A DNA stretch of 64,000 bases from Balanoglossus misakiensis (Eukaryota > Animalia > Hemichordata): contig CM082580.2 in assembly GCA_040954595.2 (NCBI GenBank), positions 12,662,909-12,726,908 on the forward strand. Direction: 5' to 3'. The notes under the pieces are model-generated. The model did not search any database. It had not been told where the DNA came from and saw only the letters and a program-made list of their open reading frames with translations. The translations under genes were made by a program, and so were the position numbers. Below, in pieces: positions 1 to 12,843 of this stretch. Position 1 is the stretch's first letter, and every line of letters begins with the position of its first letter.

Positions 1-3000
1 ATTCCTTTCACCTGATATATTTACTGTATTGCCCTAAAGGTGAGTGATAAAAAGCCATCATTTCTCACTGTGGACTGACAGGCTTTTCAAAAGAGAAGAT
101 TAGCCAACAGAATTAAACAGGGGACTGTACATACAATCACAGATTGTGACTTCAAACCTCTGATCCTTTCCATGGGATACAGGTGGTCAAAAAAACAAAA
201 GGCTGTTACATGAAATGGCAGTGGACAAATAAATAAACTTTGCCAAATTCCAGCACACAAGACCTGTTCATGTGTTCAGTGCACTTTAGGTAATTCATGG
301 ATATTGATGACAAACAAATCAATGGTTTGCTTGGTAAATAGTGAAAAGTAACCAGGTCACCGAATGATAAATTGAGCAATATATATGAACAAATACATCA
401 CAATGTAAACCATCAACAAGGCTCAGCTTTCCACTTCGCAAATAAAAATACAGCCATTAATCGCCTAGATTAACATGGCCAGCAGATATTTATTGCTGAG
501 TTTAACCCACCCTTGCAATAAAAGTGATACTGCTAACACATTAATAACATGGTATCTCTCCAAGACCTCATGCACATGGCTGTAGGCTATTGGCTGTGAC
601 AAGTTATTTTGAAATCTATACTAGAGCCACCAATCACTCTTTTTTTTTAAAACTAAAATTTCCGTGTCTCTGGGATTTTTCTTCCTCAAAGTGCATGCAG
701 ACATGTACCACGTCACAGAGATTGTAACTGTGCACAAAACATAGACAGTAGGTGAAGTACTTGTACACAGCATGAAAGGTCACTCCACTTTGACTTCAAC
801 CGTGACTGAAAGTGTGACATACATGTATGAAGTGAAACATAGGACCACCCATCACTAGTTGTACTTTAAAGAAGTCTTACAACCACTCAGAAGACATAAA
901 AAGGACAAAATATCAATTTATATACATGGTAAATCCCTAAATCTCGCCTCATAAAATGGTAGTAAAATAAATCTACACGATTGAAGCTGAATAATGAACT
1001 TGGAATTTGTTTCACAAGTCTTAAGTATCAAGCGCTGCGGAGGCCAGAACATCTGGCAAGGCAAGGGGATTTTCATAAATGTCAACAAAGTGATTATTAA
1101 AAATCAAGAGCAATTAACGTACATGTAAAGAAGGACGCACAGTAGGATTTCACCTCATCAACTATGCCTGGATAATAAAAATGTGTGGAGGCCTCATCTT
1201 GATTTACTACCTAAGTGCCAGCCAACTGCCTTGCAATATTTGAAAATGAGTATTTCTCATATTATAGTTTGAGGGGGTTGGGGGGGGGGGGGTGTTGGCA
1301 TCAAGAAACTTTACATGATTGCAACCTAGATACATTGTACTTTCATCTGTCATAATAACATGAATGTACACTATATTTTGAAGCAGATCAGATTTGTCTG
1401 AATGCTAAATTGATAATTACACACCATCAGCAAAACAGTTAATTCAATTTTATCCTCTGCCGTTCCCTTGATGGCTTTTCATCAAATCTAATGGCTTTTG
1501 CAAGTCTTCGGTATAAGCAATTATGGAAAAATGCAATCTCATATCCAACATTTTATGCTTTGCCAGATTTCTAATGGGATATTCCATAAAATTTTATGGT
1601 TTTTTCACCTGACTTTAAATTCATGTGATTGTGAAAACAAGAAGTGCTTTGTAATTTGACTTCAACATCAGTTGCTTTCTACTGCCAATTTTCAGTATTG
1701 ACACTGAAACTGAAATAAGCCATGTTTCTCGGTAAGCATTTTCATCAAAATCTCTCACCTTTAGCTAGATTGGACAGTACTCCATCAAAATTGATCACAG
1801 CACCATGAAGTCTCAAAATATATGTTTAAATGTCAATACTATGCATTGTATATCACTATATAGAAATAACTGGTAAACTTTAATGTAACTGATGTGCTCA
1901 GGGAATAATATCATTCGACCAAGCTCTCACTTTGGATCTCCTAAACAACTTCAACACAGAGAATGTCCTCAGGGGTGTTTGCTTGGTAATTTATCACTCC
2001 ACAAGTTACACAATATGCCACTGACAGTTATGATGGATGGCAGTACAAAAGAGACTGCAGCAAGAATGCTAGGAACTGTGTAATGATGTAATAAATGTAT
2101 GTTCTCCAGGCATATATGATCCCTGTGCACAAGAAAAAACAACCAGCGAAGCATGAATATATGTTGCTTTTAATAGCCCCCGCGTGATAGTACAGGCCTA
2201 ATATTTTGCAGCTCAGTCACTCTTTATAAAGCATAATTCCAATCTATGGTTGCCCTATTCAACAAATATGTAAATTTGAACTGATGTGAAGTCAATTTGA
2301 GAGGAAAAAAATCAGATGCAATTTTTTGACGGACAATTGGGGATCACCATCATTATATCCAGACATCAATTGCATGTGATGGCACATATCTCTTTTACTA
2401 ATAAATTTACAGAGAGTATGGCCTTCAGAAATGCATGATCCCTGGACAGTAAAAGGTCCAGTAAAGCCTGAATAAACATGCAGGGTACTTTCCATGAGCT
2501 GTGATGTAAGAATATTAATTTGTTTTTGCTCACAGAAACTGAGCATGGTACAAAATTAATTCTACTGGTTCCCTTTGTCTGTCAGTCATCTTTGTTCGAC
2601 TCTGAAGGCCACCACTCTTTTCAAACATAATCAAAATGCTATTCTACAGTTGATGTACAATGTGTTCTGCACTAGAAAACCCCCCACAATATGCTATAGG
2701 TGAAGTTTAATAATGAAGATTCTTCATCATGTGATATGGATCAATATGTTTCCCATGACAAAAGTACTTAATTACCTTTCAACAGGTCCTACATGTATAT
2801 CTGTCAAATGCAGCACTCAATGAAATCAGCACTGAGCTACTGTTGACACGGCATGGTTTTTCAAAGGAGTTTTGTTAATTTATTTTGTTCAATTTTGAAT
2901 ACAACAATTCTGATCTCAAAACCAAACACAGTTACCAAATGATTTTCATTTCAGCACTTAATTCAATTTCATTTAACTGGGCTATGTACATGTATGTGCA

Positions 3001-3164
3001 AAATATCATGAAAGTGAAAATAGCAGAAGTGGTAATTCCCAATACAAGCCTGTGAGGGAAGACACGTTTCATGTCCTGCTCGAGTGCATCTACATCCTTT
3101 AGTGGCTGATTTCTGCGAAAGATACACCACACAGAATAAAAGAGAGAGGCGTGAAGAAACTCAC

Positions 3165-6100
3165 CTTGACATACTCGTGATGCTGCTGTTCCAGCGTTTC
3201 AAGGGATCTGGACACGTAAGCTGCCGAGCGGAACAAATCAAGCAAATGATTAATAAAACTCCTTGGAGATACAGATTGCGGTAATGGTTTGAATCCGATT
3301 GATTCACACCGCACAGAACCCCCAGACACTTCTCGGTTTACGGTGCTGCTTTTATTTATACATTGCCTACATTATACAGAGAGTGGATCTCTCCATATTT
3401 AACAATCCTGCAAATATTCTCATACAGGTGCAATTCTTTGTATATAAGCACCTTGTGAAGAAATCTACACTTCCCCCCCCCCCCCCCCCCCCCCATTTTA
3501 GCTAGTTTCATATATACACACACTTGTATCAGAGGTGAATTCAACTTCCAGCTGAAAGGGCACGTGTTCGTGACAGAATTTGAATGCTGTCAGTGTCATT
3601 CAATACACACTCTGCATGTAAAACCTCACTACATGTATTGTAAAAGATATGCTGTATTAAAGCATCATTGTTATTCCGTGATCATCGCTGAGCCACTGGG
3701 TTCCAAACCCCCCCTGAAACTAGAAAATGAATGGCATAGGGGGATATATGACAAGAAACCACCCCTGGATGTGTACTTTCACATTGTGGAGATAATGGAA
3801 ACGACTCGGCTCGAGGGCTGACGGATTAACGAGAACACCATACCGACACGACCGTCAGTCTGGGAAAGTATAGGTTTGGCAGACGTTTGCCTCTACCTCT
3901 CCCCTTGGGCTAACTCCTGTGTCAAGATGTCACAATTTAAATTCCATTAGTATGATCAGGTGATAAAATGTGGCCTTGCTGATGTCATAAATTGAAACAC
4001 AGTTCCACAGGTGTTGCCATTATCTCTGATATCATTTTAGCGCGGGTCAAAAATATGTCACAATGTAAGGAATATGATTTCAGAATTAGCCATTACTACG
4101 TATAAAGGCTTCAATTAGCCAGGCACTGATATTTTCTCCATATTATTGCCTACATCTGAAATTATGATAAAAATATATTTAAAAAAAAAACATACGGCAT
4201 GAGTGAGTCAACAAATGCTTTATATTAGCTGAAAACACAATGTCTCCTCATTTACATTAATTAATGATGACATCACAAATAAGAGTCATTCAGCTACTCT
4301 TGAGTTGTTCGATTGGGAATAATTCCACAGACATATAAATCATTATTCTCAAGGCCTACTCGCATTACTATGGCTCCAGCTATTACCTAACGGTCCAATT
4401 TAATCCTGTTTGATCTACCTTGAGAGAATAGAAAAAAAACTTTCATCCTGGTTGACAACGAAAACCAACCTGCAATGACCGACTGGGGAAATTAGCCTCT
4501 GCTCCATGCATTATTAACACTGTTGTGTTCCGAATTTGATCTGCTTTGCAAAAGAGATGAATTACTAATGTAAAATGGGGCAGCGACATATGTCTATGAG
4601 ATGCAAACATCCTTGTCAACACCGAGCACCTTTCTCCTCTCGGAGAAGCATTTAAAACTGTTCAAAACTCATCATTTAATCTGGAGCAGTTGTCAGACAT
4701 TCCACAGGAAAACGATCACCCTCCATGAGCAAGATTCTGTGCCAGATTGTAAGAGATACGGATGATCTATCGCCCAAAGTACCGTGGCAGTGGACACTAT
4801 TGCGTCATTACAGGAAGTAAACCCCGGGTTAAGATATCTATCTGTACATTTTTCATCACATAGATACATTCAACAATTTTTCATGAGGAAGAATTGCAAC
4901 TACTTTGTATTTGGACTACCGTTTGGGCTGTAAGTCTCACATAAACTTCTGTCTGAACTGTAAATGCGGGAAATGCAACAGCAGCTGTCACTTCTCTCAT
5001 TCACAGAATAAATACTTCAAACCAGTGTGTGGAGTTATGCTGCGAGAGGTGTGCACCTACTCACGTAACTGTAGCTATCAATTAAACATTAAGAGAATGG
5101 TGTGGGCTGCGTTTTATAACAAGTGATGATTGATATTATGTGCAGATGAGATCATTTTAAAAAGATGCAATACTGCCAACTTCAAAATATTTTGATTACA
5201 TTTGATTCCATGAGATATTACTTGCTGTAACAGACAGTACCAGCAACTTTTGATAATGTTGTTAATTTTTGCATATCAATTCGTCCTGAGGAGTATAACA
5301 AGGAATTGCATACAGTCCCTTTAATTTGTTCGTTGTCAAGAGACAGCTCTCAAAAATATGATACCTGATCAATAATAATTAATATAATCATATCGCCAAA
5401 CCAGACTGAACGATTGCCGGATTTACGCAATATTGCCCATCTGTCAAAAGTGGAAGGGAGATTAATGACAGAATGGGATGACAGCCTTTTGCACATATGG
5501 AATCATTTGATAATATATTTCCCCTGAAATAATTCAAATTCTTTGGCTTGAAATTGAGTGAATTGGGCACAATTGTCGCTTCCTGTGGCATCCTAGATAA
5601 AGCACTGTGCCACGTCTCTCATCATGTCAATGTCAAAGTATAGAGCAAAGTCAACATAGCTCCTTAGGTAGCTGTTAAAATGCACCTTGTGACAAACTGG
5701 TTACTTTCAATCACACTACATACATACATGTATATATCACATGTATTATTTCAAATGGGTCCAAAACAACCTTTGTTAATAGTGCTACAGACAGTTTCTC
5801 CTCTAAACTTTCGTCACTTGCATCCTAAATACATCCTACAGAGCCTGATTCAGATTGTCAATTCAGGTATAGTTCAATCAGGGCCCACACAGTCTGCACC
5901 CATACACCCAGCAACTATCTCTCCAGCTAGAAGTGGAAAGCAGCCGAAGCCTGTATGTTTTATGTGATTACTTCAACGCAAGCCAAATTAAAATCTAATT
6001 TTAGAAGTGGGGTGAAATGAGCATGTAGGGCGAAGACTGGGCCCCCGCGTAAGAGTCTGAGCGAGAAAATTACATTTACAGGAGAGGAGATTGGCTTACT

Positions 6101-8774
6101 CGAGATTCGGTAAGTGTCCGAGTTCACGTAATAAAAGGTACATCTACAGCGTTAAAGTAATAGCAAGTCACCAATAACACACCTACGTTTCTGTCCCTCA
6201 TTTGTATTGTGAAATTGTCTGTCTCTTGCCTGGTTAGAAGCTCATCTAAGCAACCATTTACATTTAGATTGATTTTTTAGATGACATCTTACACAGAAAT
6301 TGGAGTGTTTTTCGCCGAAATTGGTGTCTTCAACTTAGTAATTCAATTGAGCATGTTCATCATTTGAAAGAGATTTCTGGACACAGGTGATTGTCACAAC
6401 AGTCGTCACGCTTGCAGAAATATACAGTGTCCAGATATAATCCTTTTTGTCTGCCCGAAGCTGTCTTGTTCCTTGACAAATTTTTGTTTGAGTGAGTGCA
6501 GTGAATGACAATGCTTGTAGTAAATGCACTTAGTATTAAACCCGTCTGATGTCATTTTTTTTTATTTACATGTCATGACCCTTGACTCTGGTGCTCACCT
6601 GTGATCGATGTACCGCACGGCACGTTGTCGATTGCACCGTGGCTGTTTGCGTGAATAAGGTAGCAGTCCTCGCTGTTCTTGCGTGCTGGTTCCACGGTCA
6701 CTGTGAACTCGCCCAGCTCTTTGCCAGTGTCAGACGTGGTCACCAGCGAGTCGGTGAACAAGATTCTGTTGATGTCTGTATCCCCTACGAGAGGCAATCA
6801 TGGACGAAATTTCAAGTTGGTGCGAGATGCAAGATAAACAGCTGTACAAAGCTGATCACCAACAAGAACGGTGCAAATAATGTTAGCTAACAAATGCTTT
6901 ACATATGAAGATGGTTACATATGGACATGTACATATAGCTACCAAATGTACACTGAATTAAAAACTTCTTGTAACATGATATTGCATATACGCAAGCCTC
7001 ACTGCAACCTGGTTACAACTTGTATCGTGCATCTATGTTTAAATAATTACAAAACCGCGATAGCGATCAAATACAAACACAATATTCTAAAAGAACAGGC
7101 AACCTTTTTGCTCAACTCTTGAGAAACATGATACATACTAATATGCCCATAAAAATCATACTCCCCAATTATACATTTTTTATGGTAATATCTTTTCCTC
7201 AAGAAGCACTTGGGAGTGGGGAGAGAGAGATGATATGACATGCTCAGTAGATAGAGTGTATTTATCCGAACATAAACTTACTAATAGTTCGGAGATACTC
7301 TATAGCACCAGCAGATGCCTGTGGTAATGGATCAGCACTGACTTCTTCTCCATCACTAAAACAAATAAGAAAATCATTCTCAAAATGTTAATCGCAAAAC
7401 AAGGCAGTCTTTTTATGAGAAGGGCTTGTCGGGAAGAGGGTACTTCAAGGAGCATAAACACCAACCAGCTCTCTGCAACAATTAAGCAAGTCATTTGCTT
7501 AATTTTCAAAAATAGCCTTATTCTGCTACACAAAGTCATACACTGTACATCTGTTCGTAATTAAATGCCAATTTAGTTTTTCATATCACGACTATGAGTC
7601 CATGAGTCTGCTAACACAGACAAGAACATTGACCTTCTAACCTGCCATACTTTGAAGTGCCATCAATGTTCCCAATGACTCAGGCTGGCAATAATGATGC
7701 ACAATATTGTAGCATGATGAAGAGATTAAAATAAGCCTCAATCTGCTGTCTTGATGACAAGAAAATGCCCAACATTTTGTAGACTCCTGCTATTTCAGTC
7801 AATAATCGCAGAGACTGAAGTTTCGATTATCCTGAACTTTGGCTGGAAAATTTCTGGCTGATCATTTAAGAGAGTATAATCACCCAGGTAGTATAATCAC
7901 ATAATAATGTCTACAATATTATTCACAAGGATTGTAACCTTGCCAATTTATTCCTCCTGATTGTACACAATGCACAATAGTACTCATGTACTGTTCTGGT
8001 TCACAGAAGTTAAGCATGGTGCATCATGTTTTTTTTTAATCCACAGTGTATTGAAATAGGCAGGATCACTATGGTTACAAGGCCCACTTCCCATTAATCG
8101 GATATCTAAGTTATCTGATTGTTTTTGTAGATTCTGGGAAATCTCAAAAATTGCTGGCAGAGATCTTAAAGCATTACAATATGAAGCAGTATATACTGCA
8201 ACTACTAGTATTTACTGCAGCAGAACTGACTACAGTTCTGCGCTGCAGCTCGACATACAATTTTGTATGTCGAGAACACACAACTCCGAATTACATCAAC
8301 CGGGTAATAGATAATGTAACTTGTAAGCGAGAATGAACAGCGACATGCACGATTCTATCTATATAGACAACGATCCGCCTTCCATATATATCAGGCCGTG
8401 TCCGCACAATTTGACTCGGTTTGATCGCAGAATTTAAAACGGCAATTATAAAAAACAGTTGAATTGCATTCTAAAACCACACTCATATCAACGCGATTTT
8501 GCGTTCTCTAGTGTAATCACATTTCATTTCTGGAAAACTATGGGTATTCACGTCAAATTACCATAACAATAGTACACTGTCTCTCTATCATTTACGTTGA
8601 CGACGGTTGACAACGCGCGACGCGTAGCAGTCGACATGGTTGGGCAACGTTGTTTTGCTTTTATGTGTTGACTTACCCGGCTGCAGTTGCTTCGGGCCCG
8701 CTGTCCATGGGTATCTCCACGTCGGGACTCTCTCTCACGATTTCTTCTGGAGCTTCATTTACTTCTTCTTCCAT
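3165..8774 (-). CDS. CATIP: Ciliogenesis-associated TTC17-interacting protein, 5' part; the gene continues beyond the left edge. Exons 8677-8774, 7282-7355, 6599-6784, 3165-3220.
   Basis: GT-AG exons with consistent phases (2,1,1,0) give MEEEVNEAPEE...DPLPQASAGAIEYLRTI-RDTDINRILFTDSLVTTSDTGKELGEFTVTVE...CYLIHANSHGAIDNVPCGTSIT-AYVSRSLETLEQQHHEYVK. This resembles vertebrate CATIP as I recall it (LPEANAEAIDFL...SDTGEPQGELTIEV...VHASSRG...ELMEQHSQDFIK). A possible further acceptor lies at about 12-14. Confidence 0.85.
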
Positions 8775-8882
8775 GTTGCGAACTGGTGACTCTCTGTTAT
8801 TCTACCAAACAATCTTCATAAGCCGGAGTTCAAAAACGCCCACCAATCCTTCCTAAGATACAAAAATACGAAACGGTCGCAC

Positions 8883-9230
8883 GTCACATAGGCAACCTAG
8901 CCTATGACAGAAAAACAAAATGGCCGCCTTACGTCACTATGGTATTATGTAAATGAGGGGTCGCGGGTTCAACTCAGGGCAAGCAACTGACGACAACACG
9001 CTATATCTCAATGTAATATATTTGATTTTTCAACAGATTTAAGGAATTGGTGATTTTTACATCGTTGTAGACGTTAGCAAAATGAAAAGTTTTTTTTCCT
9101 GTAAACACGCGACTATACGGGGTGAAGTAAAGGCAAGAAGCGTTGGCACACAAGAAGTGACACAGTTACCTTTTCAGAAGTTGTTTAAACTGCCGCTCAC
9201 ACTCACTCGACGTCAAATTGCTATGGAAAC
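8883..9230. promoter_or_regulatory. Divergent CATIP/MTARC promoter region with RFX X-box-like sites and a YY1 site
   Basis: GTCACATAGGCAAC at 8883-8896 and ATTGCTATGGAAAC at 9217-9230 resemble the X-box consensus GTTGCCATGGCAAC. AAAATGGCCGCC at 8917-8928 matches the YY1 motif. The region is CpG-rich and lies between start codons at 8774(-) and 9781(+). Confidence 0.55.
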
Positions 9231-9780
9231 GCTTTCCATTTACGAGGCAAATCAGTAAAATACTTTTATTGCACACTTTACATTTTATGTGGGACGACAG
9301 AAACGAGTGGAGATGCAAAAGAGGCTTACAATAACCTCGGGTTTCAAGGCCGTAGATGGAAAATAATTTCAGAGAAACAGAAATTATTTGATGACAACTG
9401 GCTCCCCGGTGCCAATGTCCCGTTGAAATAAATAAAAAGTAATATACATCAAACTAATCATATAAATTTACGCAAAGTAATGCATCCGACTATTTTGTGT
9501 GGCTATAACGCACTCCATTATGTTAATTGTGGTCAATACATATTTTCCACTTTATGTTCATTATACAAGGTGGGTGATTGAGCATTTCAGTGCGCTGATA
9601 AACTTAACAAAATCTTTCAAAGTCATCAGAGAGCGACTTCAAACGCGACGTGCTGGATATAGAGAACGATTTTTGTTGTTTACCCCAAGAGGGCGCTAAA
9701 ATGTCACATCCACGTGTACTGACATGACCTTTAACCTATTAAACTGGATTTGGAGGCGAGGGGACCGAAGTGTATGCAAC

Positions 9781-10471
9781 ATGCCCGAAATAAATACGCA
9801 CAAACTCTGGTTAATAGGTGGCGTAGCGGCGTTTGCCGTTGTCTCTTCAGGCGTTCTGCTCTATAGGAGTTTACGAAAGAAGAAGAAATACGTAGAAGTC
9901 GGTAAATTGGAAAAAATCTACATCTATCCGGTCAAGTCCTGTCGTGGTATCGAACTGCAAAATGGAGATTGTACCCGACAAGGGATGAAGTACAAGGCTC
10001 TGAAAGACAGGTTAGTGTGGATCATGGTCATGGAAAACTGTGAATGTATGGGTCGTGTCATTGACAGAACGAATCACAGTCCAATGCTTAAAAAGTGCAC
10101 AGTCTCTGCACTGCTTGTAAGTTTGTTTTGAGTTTGACCTATCTGTCTCAAGTTCTGCTGCAACTGGAAGTTGCGGGTCGATCAATCGTAGATCGATCAT
10201 CGCGCCTCGCCGCGCCTGGCTATAGTAGTATCCTCCAGAAAATGTCAGCTGGTTTTGCGTGAGCAGAATGTTATCTTTGTCGTGTAACTCCCAGAAAGTT
10301 GGAATGTTCTCGGCAAATTTACCAATGGTACAATGTACATAGTTCATTGCGCGTCACTTCGGGTCAAAGGTCATTGAATGTGGGAGCCATATCATGATGG
10401 TAACACCCAATTATAACCAGATAACCATGTGGGCAAACCTGATCAATCATAACATGGTGAGTAGTACTTTG

Positions 10472-10554
<83 letters not shown>

Positions 10555-12307
10555 TTCATCATCATCTGAAAGACGTGTTTTAAGTACCGAGTGTCTTTTG
10601 AAAGTACAATGTATATTTGTACTAAGTTATTTTAAAAGGTCAAGTTTTGGGGTAACTTTGTCCATTTTTGTCCACCTGTTGATGGAGGTGATGTGTGATA
10701 CACCTTGTGATTGATGCTAATTTTTGCGTTCTCTGTACAGACACTGGTTGGTTGTCAACGAGGAAGACCGATTCACGACAATTCGACAACAACCACGTAT
10801 GGTACTGATAACACCAAGCCTCTCTGAAGATGGCAATTATCTTTTGTTGGATGCTCCTGAGATGGTGACTCTGAAAGTCCCCATTGATGTCAAGGAAATC
10901 TCTGAAGATGAACAGAAAATTGTAGACACGAGGTAAAATTTATGCTGTAGAAACAAATGTATAGACTGTCGAGAATTTAGACTGTAATTCAATCAAAGCA
11001 AGGAAGAACTGAATAACATTTTCACCAATAAACCTGGTCTGTATTCACAGGGTCTGGGGTCTGGGTATACAAGGTGTATATTGTGGACAAGAAGCTGAAG
11101 ATTGGCTGTCGCAATACTTCCAGGCTCCTGGATATAAACTGATACACGCTGCGGCAGACATCAAACTGAGAGAGGTTTCAGATGCGGATCGGTCGAGAGC
11201 CAGACCAATAGCAAAGAGAGGTGATATTGTGAGTGTCTGGTAGTCTCAAATAGTACACTCCTGTCTTGTCAGTCTGTGTGTATTCATGTATACTGGTATG
11301 TGTGTAAACATATGTATTGTGCGATATACCTTATGACTTACCTGTTTATACTATAGATGCATCCATATCCTTGTTTGTGGTGAGTAGTCTCAGATGTTTT
11401 TAGCCTCTTACATTCTCACACTTTTGTGAAAAATCAATTTTGTTCATAATTGTTGATGTTTGTTTTTTTTCAAGATGGCTTATCAAGATGATGCCGCTTT
11501 TATGCTAATGAGTCAAGAGTCACTTGATGACTTAAACCAGAAACTAGACAAACCTGTTACCATGAGAAACTTTCGTCCGAATCTTGTTATGTCTGGGTCT
11601 CCAGCATTCCATGAGGTAAGCTAGTTTGCATTCGAAAAATGGACAACTTCAGAGTCTGTAAAACTTCATTTTGGTCAAGAAATATTTCAATTTGGCAGTG
11701 TGAAAACAGTCATGTCCTGAGATATCTTTGTATGGCAGAAATAACAAAAATGTGTCTTTTACAGGATAATTGGCAATTTATCAAAATTGGTGATGTCGTC
11801 CTGCGCCATATGAAATGTGATGAAAGGTAAGCCACAGCTGTCACGTTATCTTCGAGTACGCCAAAGAATTTGTGAGCTATAATTTTTTTATAAAATAAAC
11901 ATTACACTGAGAATGTTAATAGCCCCTCTGACCCAATCAATAAATCTTCATGTTTATGAAACATTTCGTGATGGCTTTTTATTTTCCATTGACTTTTATA
12001 GGTGCACGTTGACCACTGTTGACCCTGAGACTGGTATTCGCTCCGACTCTAGTGAACCTCTGAAAACACTGAAGACGTGAGTACATAGATACATCACAGG
12101 CATTTATGAGAACACATTACGAAACAGAAATAAACATGAATCAACAATTGTATTGACAATGTCTCCATTTTGTTTCACAGATATCGAAAGTGCAAGCCAG
12201 AGGATAAGCCCCTGTATAAAGAATCCCCATTGATGGGTGTCCATCTTGGCCTAGATGATGAAGGCCCTGTCTGTCTGGGCGATACGGTGTATGCCGTGTG
12301 CCACTAG
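9781..12307 (+). CDS. MTARC: Mitochondrial amidoxime-reducing component (MOSC-domain molybdoenzyme), about 334 aa. Exons 9781-10010, 10741-10932, 11051-11228, 11475-11615, 11765-11826, 12002-12076, 12181-12307.
   Basis: N-terminal TM anchor followed by a basic stretch, then IYIYPVKSCRG, DRHWLVV, QQPRMVLI, AYQDD, NFRPNLV, RCTLTTVDPETG and EPLKTLKTYR. Seven GT-AG exons sum to 1005 nt in one frame ending TAG. Confidence 0.93.
10472..10566 (+). repeat. (TCA)n microsatellite in MTARC intron 1
   Basis: About 31 near-perfect TCA units; this produces the poly-Ser ORF 10394..10714. Confidence 0.97.
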
Positions 12308-12843
12308 AGGGCGCTGCACTCCACAATCAGTGGTAGCTGATATTTACGCACGAAGATGATAGAAACTGGTATATACATGTACTGATTTTGAAGCACAATA
12401 ATTGGGGACGAAGGTCATTATGGAGCAGGCAAGGGAAAAACTTCTATTTTGTGAATTATTGCACCGAGAGTTGCTGGTAAATTGTGGAAAAGTGGGCTGA
12501 TGCAGGTATTGTCCATCAACTTCAACTTCACTTCCTTGAAGAAAATTTAATTCTAACAAAAACTCATTAATATGTACATTAATCACATTATAATGTGTAA
12601 AATCATATTTAATATCAAATGCTTTTCACAGGGATTCCAATCATGAACTTGTGCACTCGACCACAAAATTGTAATTAACTTACATGTATCAGCAAAATCA
12701 GAAAATAACTTCATTGGAAGAGAGAATATTACTGTGGGTTGACATTGTCTTTGAAAAGAATAGATGCATTGTATACCACTTGCTGTGAGTATCAACTTGA
12801 TAATGTTACCCTGTACAGTATCCGGAAATGTTGCCTCCAAGAT

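Noticed and set aside
1273-3494. Long poly-G and poly-C runs (about 1273-1293 and 3474-3494; also 40813-40826 and 49777-49793)
   Set aside because: Simple homopolymers with error-prone lengths; there is no evidence of function beyond generic G-quadruplex potential.
8957-8975. tRNA B-box-like GGGTTCAACTC
   Set aside because: No A-box or cloverleaf; it lies within a Pol II promoter region.
10394-10714. Poly-serine ORF
   Set aside because: Artefact of the (TCA)n microsatellite in MTARC intron 1.
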